Part shown: in pieces, positions 44,600-56,095 of the stretch
Layout of the letters: the number at the start of each line of letters is the position of its first letter
How positions within the stretch are numbered: position 1 is the first letter of the stretch
NCBI GenBank assembly: GCA_025594325.1
Contig: JANHCV010000002.1
Coordinates: 806,001 to 870,000 of the forward strand
From: Blastocladiella emersonii ATCC 22665
Lineage: Eukaryota; Fungi; Blastocladiomycota
Length of the DNA stretch: 64,000 nt
Reading direction: 5' to 3'
Position numbers and translations under genes: made by a program
The notes under the pieces: generated by a model
Seen by the model: the letters and a program-made list of their open reading frames with translations, nothing else
What the model was told of the DNA's origin: nothing
The model's database searches: none

Positions 44600-45400
44600 G
44601 GCAACGCCGCCATCCGGTGCCGCGAGCGGGCGATCCCGCCGCCAGCTCGCGCGCGCGAGATTAGGTCGGTCATGAGGATCCGAAACATGATGATTGCGGA
44701 TCGATCGCGCGCACCGGGTCGCGCTCCCGCGCTTCCGCTGCCGCCCCCGCTGCACCACTCGCGCGGGTAGGGTCCCTCCTCGAGCAGGGCCACCCGCCCG
44801 ACACGCGCGCGCACCCCACCCACCCCGCCGCCCGCGACCCGCACAGCCAGCGGCAGCGACCCGCACACGCAACGGCGGCGGCCGTCCCAAAGATGGCGCG
44901 CCTTGCGCGAGCGGTCCGCTCGCGCGGTTGTTGAGGACGACGGCGGCGACGATCGCGAACTGGACCTGGACGTGTCAATGCAGACGCCGTGCTGGAGGAC
45001 GATGGGCGAGGAGAGCGGTGAGTCGGCGATCCGAAGAGCGAGCTTGCGCGAGTAGATGGGGACGTACGTCAAGGATCACGAGCGGGTCGAGCGAGCTGGG
45101 ACAGACGAGCGACGTGTCGCGGCGCGGAAGGCATCTACACGCAGAGGAGAACGCGATCCGTTAGCCGGCGGTCGTGGCGAGCGAGCGGTCGGCGGCGGGG
45201 CAGCGTACCGTGAAGAACGCCTGGCGCGAGCGCGCACGGTTGCGAGGGAGTCCTGCTGTGACGTCTACATGGTTGGTGGTCAGCACGCGTGGCCGCCGTT
45301 TGGGACTCCATGAGGGCATGTACCACTCGAGCATCGTGGTGGGCGAGGGCGAGGTGAAGAGCGCGAGATGGGCGAGGGCCGCGGTCGGCTTTTATGTCCG
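44600..45400 (-). ncRNA. Putative spliced transcript (three canonical introns) without a convincing ORF
   Basis: Introns 45323-45265 (GTACAT..CTGAC..TAG), 45208-45135 (GTACGC..CTAAC..TAG) and 45067-44992 (GTACGT..CTCAC..CAG). The only ATG-initiated ORFs across the first three exons are MLE* and a 21-aa peptide. Ends are approximate. Confidence 0.45.
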
Positions 45401-45845
45401 TGGCCAGCGACCGAGGCGGGCAGCGGGGCAGGGCGCGCGGCGACCACACGGCCGTGGCCGTGCGCACGGATTTCGCAAAGGACCGGCGAAGGACCCTGGG
45501 CAAGCGGGCCGTGTTGCGTCATCGTGACGTGAAGGAGCAGGGCGCCCGAAGTCGCGCGCGCGCTCGCGCTCAAGCTGCCGCCGCGCCAGCCCGCGGGCGT
45601 TTCAGGCCGCGCCGCCTCGCGCAATTCACGCGCGCGACCGCCGCTGCGCACGCTAGGCACCTCAAAGGATATGGGCGGCCTTTCTCCGCCTTGCTCCGCC
45701 GCACGCGCCGCGGCGGCAGCGCTGCGCCCAGGCAGCTCCCCCTCACTTTTCTTAAGATTCTTACCTAAGGAAAGGGCCTTCTGCTGCTGTGGCCGCAACG
45801 GTCGCAAAAAAGCTGTGACACGCGAAACTCAGCTCCTCTGACCCT

Positions 45846-45866
45846 CACGTGTTTGATCGACGCGTC
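45846..45866 (-). promoter_or_regulatory. Bipartite motif GACGCGTCG-ATCAA-ACACGTG downstream of PNKP
   Basis: About 42 bp after the stop at 45908, in sense orientation. Confidence 0.5.
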
Positions 45867-45907
45867 TCATGTCCGCAATGAAAGCAATATATGCAATGAA
45901 AGTGTCT

Positions 45908-47811
45908 CTAGTGGAGCCACATGCTCGCGAGACGCAGGTGCGCGGGATCCTCGAACCGCGGGACGAAGGGCACCTTGATCACCTCGGCGAAGCCCTCGTC
46001 GACGGTCGGCACGACGAATCGCGACTTAAACGTGTTGAACGCGACGTACGGCACGGCCTCGCGCTCGGACGTGAGCTACATGCGGAGCGACACGCCTTGT
46101 GAGTAAGTAGGATCAAAACGCGGCGGTACAAGAGAACGTACGGCGCGGAGATGGTTAAGGTGCAGCGCGAGGTCAATGGGCGTCAAGAAGTGGGCCGAGC
46201 GGATCGGGATGCCCTCCTCCTGCGCAATGCGGATGTACTCGGCGCGCGTGTCGACCGCCGCGTTCGTGTTGTCTAAACTCGGCACGAAACATGTGTTAGC
46301 AACCGCCGCTCGCCCTAGCGATCCGTGCAACGTACCAATCACGACGGGTCCGCCCTCCTTGACCATGGCGCGGCATGCCTTGACACACTTGGCAAACGTC
46401 TTGAGCGAGTCCTGGTTGATGACCTGGTACCCGTGCGCGTCGGCGAGCCACTGGGCGACCCGCGACTTGCCGGACGCGGGCGAGCCGCTGAAGACAAGAA
46501 TCTCGCGCTCGCCGGGGCCGACGGGTCGGATCAGCTCAACGAGATCGAGCTCCTCGTGCTCGTGGCGCTCGGCGAGCTTGCGCATGGCCGTCGGGTCGAA
46601 CTGGCCGCCAAAGTGGAACGGCGCGGCGGGCTCGCCGAGGAAGAACTCCTCGGGCGTGTGGAACTCGATGCCGACGTTCACCGCGAATTTCCTACACGGC
46701 GTAGAGCGAGTGGGTCCACACGCGCGCGCGGGGATACGCGAACGAGTCGGACGCACCGGTCCGTGTCCGCGAAATCCTTCTTGGTGCTCGCCTTCCACCC
46801 GTCGGGGCGGCCGGCGGCGTCGCCGACGAAGAATGACGCGTTCACGTCGATGGCGACGGGCTCGGGTGCGTCCTTGGCCTGGTTGCAGTGCGCGACGAGG
46901 TGGTCCCACATACCGGGACGCGGTTTCCGGTAGATATCCTTATGCGTGGCGATGAAAATCTGCATCGGGACGCCAATCTACAGTTCGGTCGCGAGTGTTA
47001 GAGAGGAGCAATCCCTGTCAGTGGGACGCGCCGTACCGCGCGCGCAATGTTGATGACTTTGCCCTGGAACCCGACCAGCTTGGACCGGTTGCTCCCGATC
47101 CCGGCCTGGTTCGTGAACACGACGATCTTGGCGCTATACATGCACACGTCGCAGCTTTAGTCCTCGGTCGCGTCACGACACGCATCATCTATCGCGTACC
47201 CGTTCTCGTGCAGCTCCTTGAGCCGCTCGGGGACGCGCGTCGGGTACAGGAGGACCCAGTCGTCGTCGTTCTTGGGCCACTTGGCTCCCGACTTGGTCGC
47301 GATGAGCGTCTTGTCGAGGTCGAACGACGCGATGGTCGAGGACGGCGCGGGCGACATGTACTCGACGATGCACAGCGTGTCCTCCTCGTGGATGGTCACC
47401 TCGCCCGCGGCGACGGCGGTCGCGGCGCTCGTCTGTCGGTGCCGGCCCATGTTGGTGAAGAAGGGGTGGATGCGGGGTTTCTCGCCGTCGGCGGTGCTGT
47501 TGCTCTTGGCGTGCTTCGTCGCGGTGCTCGTCGTCGTCGGCTGAGTCTCGAGCTCAGCGTGTGGCCTTTTGTGTCCGTGGTGCAGCTCGGGGGGAGCAGT
47601 CGCCTCTTCTATGCTGGCGCGCTTCTGGAAGAGAGCGAGGACGGGCGAGCGAGACTTTCAGCGTGGGGAGCCGCCCGGCGGGAAACCGTGGGGCAGGGCG
47701 CCTACCTGCTCGTTGCCGCAAGTCGATGACGTGGTCTTTAGCTTCATGCGAGTGACGTTGTGCAGGGGCAGGGGAGCGAGAACGTGGGGCGGCGCAGCTG
47801 GTGCAGTTCAT
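45908..47811 (-). CDS. PNKP: Bifunctional polynucleotide kinase 3'-phosphatase
   Basis: FDLDKTL, VFTNQAG, YRKPRPGMW, FVGDAAGR, DFADTDRKFA, GSPASGKS, NQDSL, IDNTN and C-terminal FNTFKSRFVVPTVDEGFAEV. Its intron positions match those of the paralog. The start codon is tentative. Confidence 0.9.
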
Positions 47812-47948
47812 TTCAGGGATGCATCTGCGCCGAGGACGCATGCGTTCGAGTCCGCCGTCGACTCGCGCGTGTGGATGGGGCAAAGAAGCGATGTGCGGAT
47901 ATATATGTAGTGTCTTCCCATTCATGGTGTCATCTTCCTCCTCGGATC

Positions 47949-50900
47949 TCAGCCGGACGCGGCGGGCGCGACGGGCGCCGCGAGCATGGCCGCGACATCG
48001 ACGTCGACGGGCGACGTGGGCGTGTTGCGCGACGTGGACCGCGGCGGCGGCGTGTACTGGTTGGTGCCGCCGACGATGATGGGGCTGGGCACGGTTGGCG
48101 ATGGGGCCGCGTCGACGGCCGTGACCTCCACGACCAGCGGCTCCGGCTCGGCCATCGCCGGCTTGATGGCCGTCTCGGGGAGCACGACGTCGCCGGCGGC
48201 ACATTTCTCGGCCCAGAGGATCGCACGCGCGATCGCGCGGTCGTACCCGTCGGGCGTGTGGTTGAGGAGTGCGCCGGAGGCGACCGCGATATCGAGCATG
48301 GCGAGCTTGGGCCGCGCGCCGAACGGCGACTCGGCGGCGGCGGGCGCGACCCAGCACTCGACGTGCGGCTTGGCGACGCGGCGCACGCGCACCTTGCCGG
48401 AGATCGGGTCGGGCGACGCCCGCGTCAGGTGCGCGTCGCTGCGCATCAGGTAGTAGGCGGTGCCGGCGCCGACGAGCTTGACGTTGACCTCGGCGCCCGC
48501 GTCCATGTGCGCGGGGGTCCACGCGGCCGACGTCGCAGAGGACGCGGCCGTCGCGTCGGAGCCCGCGCGGACCACGCCGTTGTGGTCGGCGAGCGGCGTG
48601 ATGCCGCCGAGCGAGATGCGCGCCTGGTCGAGCGCCGCCATCTGCGCGTTCAGGGCGTTCTCGCGGAACAGGCCCAGCCGCGCACCCACGCGAGCCGCGA
48701 ACGTCGACTTGGCGCCCGTCGGCGTCAGCTGTTCGGCCGCCGTCACGAGCATGTGCTTGAAGTCCATGACCGAGCCTACGTGGCGAGGAGCGCGTGTGTT
48801 AGCGGTGATCCACTCGAGTTCCCAAGCGAAGCGAGCACGTACCGTACGACAGACGCGGCACAATGTCCGTGTCGTTGACGACGTTGCAGAAATCGGGGAA
48901 CTGGGCCGCGAGGTCGGGCGTGACCGTGGGCGGGGCGGCGTACGTGAGGCACTCGATCTTGAACGCGGCGGGGTCGGGGTCGGACCCGCACGCGAGGAAC
49001 CGGAGGTCGGCGCCGGCCTGGGTGCGCAGGAGCATGGCGACGAGCTGGGCGGTCGCGCCGCCGAGCGAGTGGCCCGTGACGAGGAGTCGGCGCGGGCGGT
49101 GCGTCGCGAGCGCAGCACGCAGCTCGGGCAGCGCGCGCGTGAACACGTATTCGGCGCACCGGCGGAACCCGGCGTGCGTCGCGCCCGACAGGAACGGCTC
49201 CATGTGCGCCATGAGGTCGGTCAGCGTGTCCTCGATGTTCATGGTGCCGCGCACGCACAGCACGATGGTCGAGTCCTCGGGGACGTGCGCGCAGTAGAAG
49301 TGCGGCGCGGCCGTGGCGCCCGTGCGCGTCATGTCCCAGATCAGAATGTCCTGGTCCTGGATCCCGAGCAGGCTCAGCAGCATGCTGCGGTCGCTGCTGG
49401 CCACCGTGTCGACGAGGTACCCGAGCCGCCCGTGCCCGTACCCGAAGAAGTTGAGCCCGATCTGCCCGTATGACGCGAGCGAGTACCGGAAGTTGCGCTG
49501 CAGGTGGCGCAGCACCTCGAGGTCCGGGCACATGTAGTGCAGCGGCGCGCGCGGGCGCGAGACACGGCGCGCCGGGTGGTTGCCCCACTTGCGCAGCAGG
49601 AGCAGCGCGCCGAGCATGTCCGACTTGGCCATGCCCCAGCCCTCGCCAAAGAACGCCTTCCCGAGACGCACCATCTCGCGCAGCGCGTGCAGCTTGGTGT
49701 AGTCCTGATCGCTGCGCGCCCACGTCGCCGCGTCGTCCTGGAACGAGCCGTGCAGGCTCGCCGACGATGACGAGGCGAGGAGGGACGTGCCGGCGGGCGT
49801 CGCGGGCAGCGACTTGGCGGACGCCGAGGAGGACGTGGTGACGGGCGCGCTCATGGAGCGGCGGCTGACCATGGACATGCGCGGGTCGACGGGCACCTGC
49901 TCGGACATGGGCGTGCCGGGCATGCTGGCGAGCGAGCCGCCGTAGGTCGCGGCCGTGTCGAACGAGTTGATGGTGGCCATGGACCCGCGCGTCAGCGTGC
50001 GGGCGAGCAGCGGGAGGTGCGGGCGGCGCGACCCGACGGTGCGCTCGGACTCAGTCGCGATGCTGCCGTGGATCGACGGCGCAGCACCAGCAGCCGCGGT
50101 GCGGATCGACTCGGCGTCGGTGCCGTCCGAGCCCTCGGGGGCGGCCGAGATGGCGTCGTTCCACAGGGCGCACATGCGGAGGCGCAGCGAGCCGACGACG
50201 TGGTCGGCGCGGTCGACGAGGTGGAAGGCGTGGACGTGCGCGGCGGCCACGGACATAGGGTGGCCGGGGTCGCCCGGATCGGCGACCGACTTGATGCGCA
50301 GCTTGCACTTGGCGAGCGAGCGGCCGCTGTTGTTGAGGACCGAGACCTTGATCGAGTCGTACAGGAAGGCGTGCAGGGTGAGGGGCAGGTCAAAGTCGCT
50401 GCCGAGGACGTTGAACACGGAGCCGGTTTCGGGCAGGTCCTCGAGCGCGGGGACGCCGAGGGCGCGGTCCGAGGCGAGGTCGACCGTCGCCGTGGTCGTG
50501 GTCGTCGAGGCGGGAGCGGGCTCGTCCTCGTTGCCGCTCTCGCTGAAGTCGTCCTCGTCGTCGTACTCCTCGTCGTCGTAGTCGTCGCCGTCGGCCGAGC
50601 CGTAACCGTCGTCGGCGTCAATCTCGGACAGCGCGATAGCCACGTCGCGGAACGAGAGGCCCTCGAGCGGCGCGGGGTCGGCCACTGCGGGCTCCTCGGT
50701 CGCGTTCGGGGTCGACGCTGCGACCGAAGTGCGGGCGCTCGGGACCTCGGCGCCCGTGGTGCGCATCACGGACGCGCGCCAGTCGTCGAACAGGTCCTTG
50801 GACGAGCCGGGGGCGGGGAGGTCGAGGGTGAGGGTCGGCGGCGGGCCCGTGGCATCGCGGGCGTGCTGATGGGCGGCGACGAGGCGGGCGAGCTCCTCGA

Positions 50901-51300
50901 CGGCGGCCTGGGCGACCTCGTTGGACGCGACGGGGTCATCCGTCTCGCTGCCGATGGTGGCCGCGGCGGTGGCGAGCAGGCTATTGGGTGGGACCGAGCC
51001 GCGGCGGCGCGAGCGGGAGCGCGACTTGCCGGACTTGGACTTTGAGCGCGACCGCGGCGAGTCGGCGGCAGCGGAAGCCGAGTCGTGCGAGCTGGTGCTG
51101 GCGAGGCGCGATCGCGACTGCGAGTGCGAGCGGGCGCGCAGGCGCAGGTTGGCGAGCACGTCGGGCGAGTAGGCCGAGTGGAACGACTCCTCGCGGTGGG
51201 CGCCGAGCGTCAGGCGCACGGTCGCGTAGGGGACGCCCTCGGCGTAGAGGTGCAGGCGGTCGAGGGCGACGGCGAGCCGGCCCTGCTCAGTGATGCGCAT
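47949..51300 (-). CDS. Class-3 (DAG-lipase-like) lipase with N-terminal C2-like segments
   Basis: VLCVRGTMNIEDTLTD, THAGF, LVTGHSLGGATA nucleophile elbow, VVNDTDIVPRL. Intron 48842-48776 joins the C-terminal exon. The C2-like call rests on beta-strand patterns only. Confidence 0.85.
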
Positions 51301-52251
51301 AGTGATGGGTGTGCGATGGAGAGCGATGCATGGCGAGGGGAGAGAGGGAGGGTTGCGGGCGGGCGGCGGCTCTTGAACGCCGGGCGGGATGGGCAGGGTG
51401 GCGGTCGCCGGCTAGTGCGGGTGGGCGCCGCACGTCAGCCGGCGACGTGGGCGGCGACGCGCGACTGGGGCCTGCGTGACGCGGAGGAGGTCCGAGGCCC
51501 CGGGAGACCCGCGAGCGAGTTTCACGCCGCCGACGATGCATGTGGGGCCTCGTTTCAGGTCGGCCCTGGGGCCGCGTGGGCCGGCCGCTAAAACTAGAGT
51601 GGCGTGCAGGCACCAGCTCCCGCCGCCGCGGCCGATCCCGTCAAAGTCGGTCCATCGAGCCAAGAGTTCGAGGACCGCGGGTAGACTATTCATCGTCAAC
51701 GAAGCATGTTGCAGCGAGTTAGCGGCAGTCTCGAGCGTTCCTGCACTGTGCGGCAGCGGGATGCCGGCGAAGCGCTCGGTCACGCGATCTTAGGTTTCCA
51801 GACGCACGGCTCGGCAGCCACCTTTCAGCCACTCGCTCGCTTCGCCCGCCCCCTCCCCTCCCCGCTCTCCTATACGCTTCCCCGACTGCGCGCACTACGC
51901 CGCAACGGGACCCAGAACCACGTATCAACTTGGCGCAACGCTGCGCTGCCCCCGCCGGCCGACCCCACTCTAGTCTAGACGCTCCGACTGCCCGCTAGAC
52001 CGACTGCGCCCCGCTCGCTCCCGGCCCGCACACGCACACGGCTGCCCACCCGACTGCCCTCTCCCCGCGGACCGCCTCGAGCCGAGCTGACTGCGTCACT
52101 TGGCTCCGAGTCTCCCTCTCCTCCCTATTGTTCTCTCGTGCGGCTGCTCGCTCGCTCGATTCTCGCGTCCAGCCCAGCTGCGCCTCCTCGCGATTAGCTG
52201 GCCACTCGTCGCCGCTACCACCGCCCCTATCCTTGGCAGCACACCACCACC

Positions 52252-53724
52252 ATGCCACTCTCGCGCATCGCTCGGCTGCGCGCCATCCTCGACCGCTCGT
52301 CCGTGGCGCGCTACGCGCTGCTGTCGTCGGTCGCGCAGATGGTCATCCAGCTGATCCTCGAGACGGGCGTGGCCGTCATGCACAACAACGAGCTCGCCCT
52401 CGTCTCGGACGCGTACGAGCCCGCCCTCGCCGCCGCCGCCGTTAAGGACGCGACCACGGGCCTCTCGGCGCTGCCCGCTACGGACCCGCGCATGCAGCTG
52501 TACACGGCCTACAACCTGGCGCGCGCGCTCTTCGTCTACCACATCATCTACATGCTAGCGACGTGCCTGCAGCTCTTCTTCACCTTCGACTCGATCCTGC
52601 ACCAGAACTCGGTCGAGCTCGTCGCCCTCAACACCATCAACCTCGGCCTCTTCGGCTACAGTTTGATGCAGTTCTTCCAGAGCGTTTCCACCTTCAACGC
52701 CCTCAACGACATCCTCGCCCTGCCCGCGCTCCTCAAGTCGGCCGCCCCCACCGCCGCCGCCGCTGCCAAGGGCCTCGTCCTCAAGACCACCTCCATCTTC
52801 CACATCCCGTCCATGGTCGTGTCGCTGCTCTTCCTCGCCGGCGGCGCCGCCGCCACCTACAAGCTGCACCACGACTTCGGGTGGGCCATCTACAAGCGCA
52901 TCGGCGCCAACATCGGCCTGCGCCGCCAGATGATGCACTACTTCTTCCTCATGATGCTACTCAAGCTCGACATCTTCTTCTACTCGACCTTCTCGCTGCA
53001 GTTCCTGGTCATCCAGACGTTTGCCGACGCGCCCATGAGCAACACCATCATCCACGTCGGCGTGTCCTTCATCATGATCTTCGTGCTCGTGATCCTGTGC
53101 ATGCGCGGCGTGCGGTCCGAGAACGCGCGCCTGATGCAGGCCTTCATGGTCGGCACCGTCGGGTGCATGGGCTACCTCGCCTACAAGCTGTGGCAGGCCA
53201 CCACCGAGGCCCGCTTCGAGCCCGTCAAGCGGTCCATCCTCTTCTCCATCGTCGTGTGCCTGATCCTCGCCCTCGCCACCCTCGTCAACTCGTTCATCTG
53301 CTACCGCAACTTCGGCACCGGACTCAAGGAGCACGTCTCGCGCCAGGCGTCCGTCCGCCGCCGCCGCGAGCGCGAGCAGCAGCAGCAGCAGCTCCAGCAC
53401 CAGCACCTCGCCGGGTCCACCGCCTCGGTGCCCTCGGCCGCCGCCTACGCGCCGTCGCCACCGCAGCCCGCCGCTGCCGCGCCCACGGCCGCGTACGCGC
53501 AGCCCCCGCAGCAGCAGCAGGTGCAGTACCAGCAGCACTACCAGCAGCAGGCGCCACCACCGCAGCAGCAGCAGCAGCAGCAGCAGAGCGCGTACCACCA
53601 GGCCACGGCGTACCAGCAGACGCAGTACTCGAATGGCGGCAGCGCGTACCAACAGCAGTCGTCGTCGTCGGGCTACGGCCAGCAGGCCGGCGGCAACAAG
53701 AGCGGAGGGACCAGCTACGCGTAG
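52252..53724 (+). CDS. UPF0658-like fungal multi-pass (Golgi) membrane protein with Q/Y-rich tail
   Basis: About 7 hydrophobic helices and the motif DFGWAIYKRIGA...LLKLDIFF. Confidence 0.7.
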   Translation: MPLSRIARLRAILDRSSVARYALLSSVAQMVIQLILETGVAVMHNNELALVSDAYEPALAAAAVKDATTGLSALPATDPRMQLYTAYNLARALFVYHIIYMLATCLQLFFTFDSILHQNSVELVALNTINLGLFGYSLMQFFQSVSTFNALNDILALPALLKSAAPTAAAAAKGLVLKTTSIFHIPSMVVSLLFLAGGAAATYKLHHDFGWAIYKRIGANIGLRRQMMHYFFLMMLLKLDIFFYSTFSLQFLVIQTFADAPMSNTIIHVGVSFIMIFVLVILCMRGVRSENARLMQAFMVGTVGCMGYLAYKLWQATTEARFEPVKRSILFSIVVCLILALATLVNSFICYRNFGTGLKEHVSRQASVRRRREREQQQQQLQHQHLAGSTASVPSAAAYAPSPPQPAAAAPTAAYAQPPQQQQVQYQQHYQQQAPPPQQQQQQQQSAYHQATAYQQTQYSNGGSAYQQQSSSSGYGQQAGGNKSGGTSYA

Positions 53725-53896
53725 TCGTACGCGGTCTTATCCGTCCCGCGCTCGCGCGCTCCCCACCACAGTTTTGTCCCATTCCACCACCACCACCACT
53801 TCTTTGCCACTCATAGTTTGAAATCGCGCACGCACAACAAAAAAGATTTGCATCTCGCCCACCATGATATCTCGCACACACACACACACGCGTTCC

Positions 53897-55286
53897 TCAG
53901 GCCTCCTCGGTAACGGGCGTGACCGTGTCCATCGGGTCCTCCTGCTCCTCGGGCGCGGCGGCGGCGTCGTCGGCAGCAGCAGCCGGCTCCGCGGCGTCCT
54001 CCTCCTCGACGGGAGCGACCTCGACGTCGACGTCGACATCGGCCGCCACGACGGGCTCAGCGGGCTCGTCGTCGGCCACGGGCGACTCGGCATCGACGAC
54101 CGCTGCAGCCGCCGCCGCCGCGGCGCCGGGGACGGCGTTGAAGACGACGTGCTTGAGGACCTGGGCCATGAGGGCGTGGGTGGCCTCGGACACGACCTTG
54201 GTGGCGTCGCGGGTGGCCTTGCCGAGGTTCGAGTCGTCGACGGGCTCCTTGGGCGCGTCCTTGTGCGGGGTGAGCGACGGGCCGGTCGTCGAGGGCAGGC
54301 CGGCGGCGTAGTCGGGGTCGATCCACTCGGCGGGCTTCAGCGGGGCCGGGGCGGCGGGCGCGGGCGCTGCCTTGACCGCCGACAGGACGCGCGGCTTGGC
54401 GACCTGCGGGGTCGCGCGGTCCAGCTTCTCGGCCACGTCGCCCATCTGGCCCACGAGGTACTCCATGTTCTAGACGAGGCGCGAGCGAGGCGGGGAGGTG
54501 AGACAAACGCGTGTGCGAACGGGCACGAGAAAAGCGTACGGTGATGAGCGGCGACTGCGACAGGGTGCTGATCCAGTGCTTGTTCCACAGCAGCTCGAGG
54601 AGGTGGGTGTCGAGGTTGGACTTGAAAATGGACACGTCGAGCGAGTAGTACTGGTTCGCGTGGACGCCGAAATCCTCGATCTTGCTGAGCGGGATCGACT
54701 GGTACTCGGAGGGCGCGGCGTTGGGCGGGGTGTAGCCGGCCGGGTACGTGCGGAAGGCGCCGATCTCGACGCGGCCGGCCGAGATGGTGCGGTTCGGGTC
54801 GACGACGACGGCGAGGAAGGGCTCCTGGTACTGCTGGTTGGTCATCTGGGTGGTCACGTCGATGCCCGACAGCCAGCACCCGTAGCCCGGGTGGCTGTGG
54901 TACCACCCGAGCACGTTCTCGATGCGGCCCGTCTCGCTCGACGTCGACTGGTACTGGACCATGTACTCGAAGGCCTCCTGCTGCGCGTTGACGCGGGTCT
55001 CGGTGCCCTCGACGGGGAGCGCGAACGCGTCCATGACCACCATGGTCTCGCCCATGACCTTGCCCTGCATCAGGCCCATGACCTCGAGGTGGCCGCCGCG
55101 CCGCGCGTGGATCACCATCTTGATGAGCGCGATCGCCGAGATCTTGACGCGCTTGAAGTGGTGCGGGTCCTTGCGCCACGGGCGGTCGTCCGACGGCACG
55201 TCCTTGGCGTAGATGGCGTCGGTCGCGTCCAGCGTCTGCACCTGGTTCTCGAGCAGCCACGTCTTGAGCCCGACGTTGGCGTCCAT
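53897..55286 (-). CDS. CSN5: COP9 signalosome subunit 5 (JAMM deneddylase)
   Basis: [17 protein letters not shown]...[12 protein letters not shown] motif [18 protein letters not shown]; intron 54539-54470; conserved C-terminal helices followed by an Ala/Glu-rich tail. Confidence 0.95.
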
Positions 55287-56095
55287 GGTCGGGTACGTTG
55301 CGTTGCGGTGTGTTTTCGGTACGTTGCGTGCGTGTCCGCGTTGCTAGCGCGTTGCCGTCGTTCAAAACGGGGGAGAAGCGAGGAGCGGCGACCGACTCAC
55401 TCGCCTGGGGGCGGCGCCGTCGCGAAAGGCAGACGCGTCGATCAGTCAAAAGCATCAGCTGAGCGGCCTGCCTGACCCATCACGACCCGAAATCACTGCT
55501 CCATCACGCGCGTCGACGCGCGAGCGACTCGGTGCAGCTGCATTGTCGAGTATATTTACACTCGCCTGCAACGCGGATGCGACCGGGGCCGGTCCCGGGA
55601 GAATTCATGACGTGAGGCGGGTCCCTGAGCGCGAGGGGCCGCCGCTGCCGTCCACCCAGCACACGAAGGTCGGTTCACGGACGACAGCATCAACGTCGGC
55701 ATCAAGCGGTCCCTGAGCTTTCTTCAGCGGTCGAGCGAGGAGCGGAGGAGGGAGAGAGAAAGACCTGATGAGCGGTGTGGCACCGCCCAGTTGGGTCATG
55801 AGCACCAGCCACCGCCGTCGCCGCACTCGGCCCCCGCCAACCTCGACTGCCCTTTCTCTCCCTTGCTGCTCTTCTTCCGCAACTTCGACTGGTCGACGCA
55901 GGCAACATCAACACCCGCCGCTCCTCGTCCCTGCGACTGCCCGCACCTTCGACGGCTCCGCCCACCCGCACTCTCATAGACGGGCGAGCCTGCGATACCC
56001 TCCCCACACCGCCGTGTGCAGCCGCAAGCGACCTCGTCCCTCTCCCTTACTCTCGACATAGACACTCTTCTCCCCTCATCCTACCCGTCGTCACC

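Noticed and set aside
44992-45323. snoRNA host gene
   Set aside because: The introns are only 59-76 nt and have no C/D or H/ACA boxes.
45265-45340. Antizyme-like +1 frameshift at ATG CTC GAG TGA C
   Set aside because: The +1 frame stops after about 40 codons and shows no antizyme similarity.
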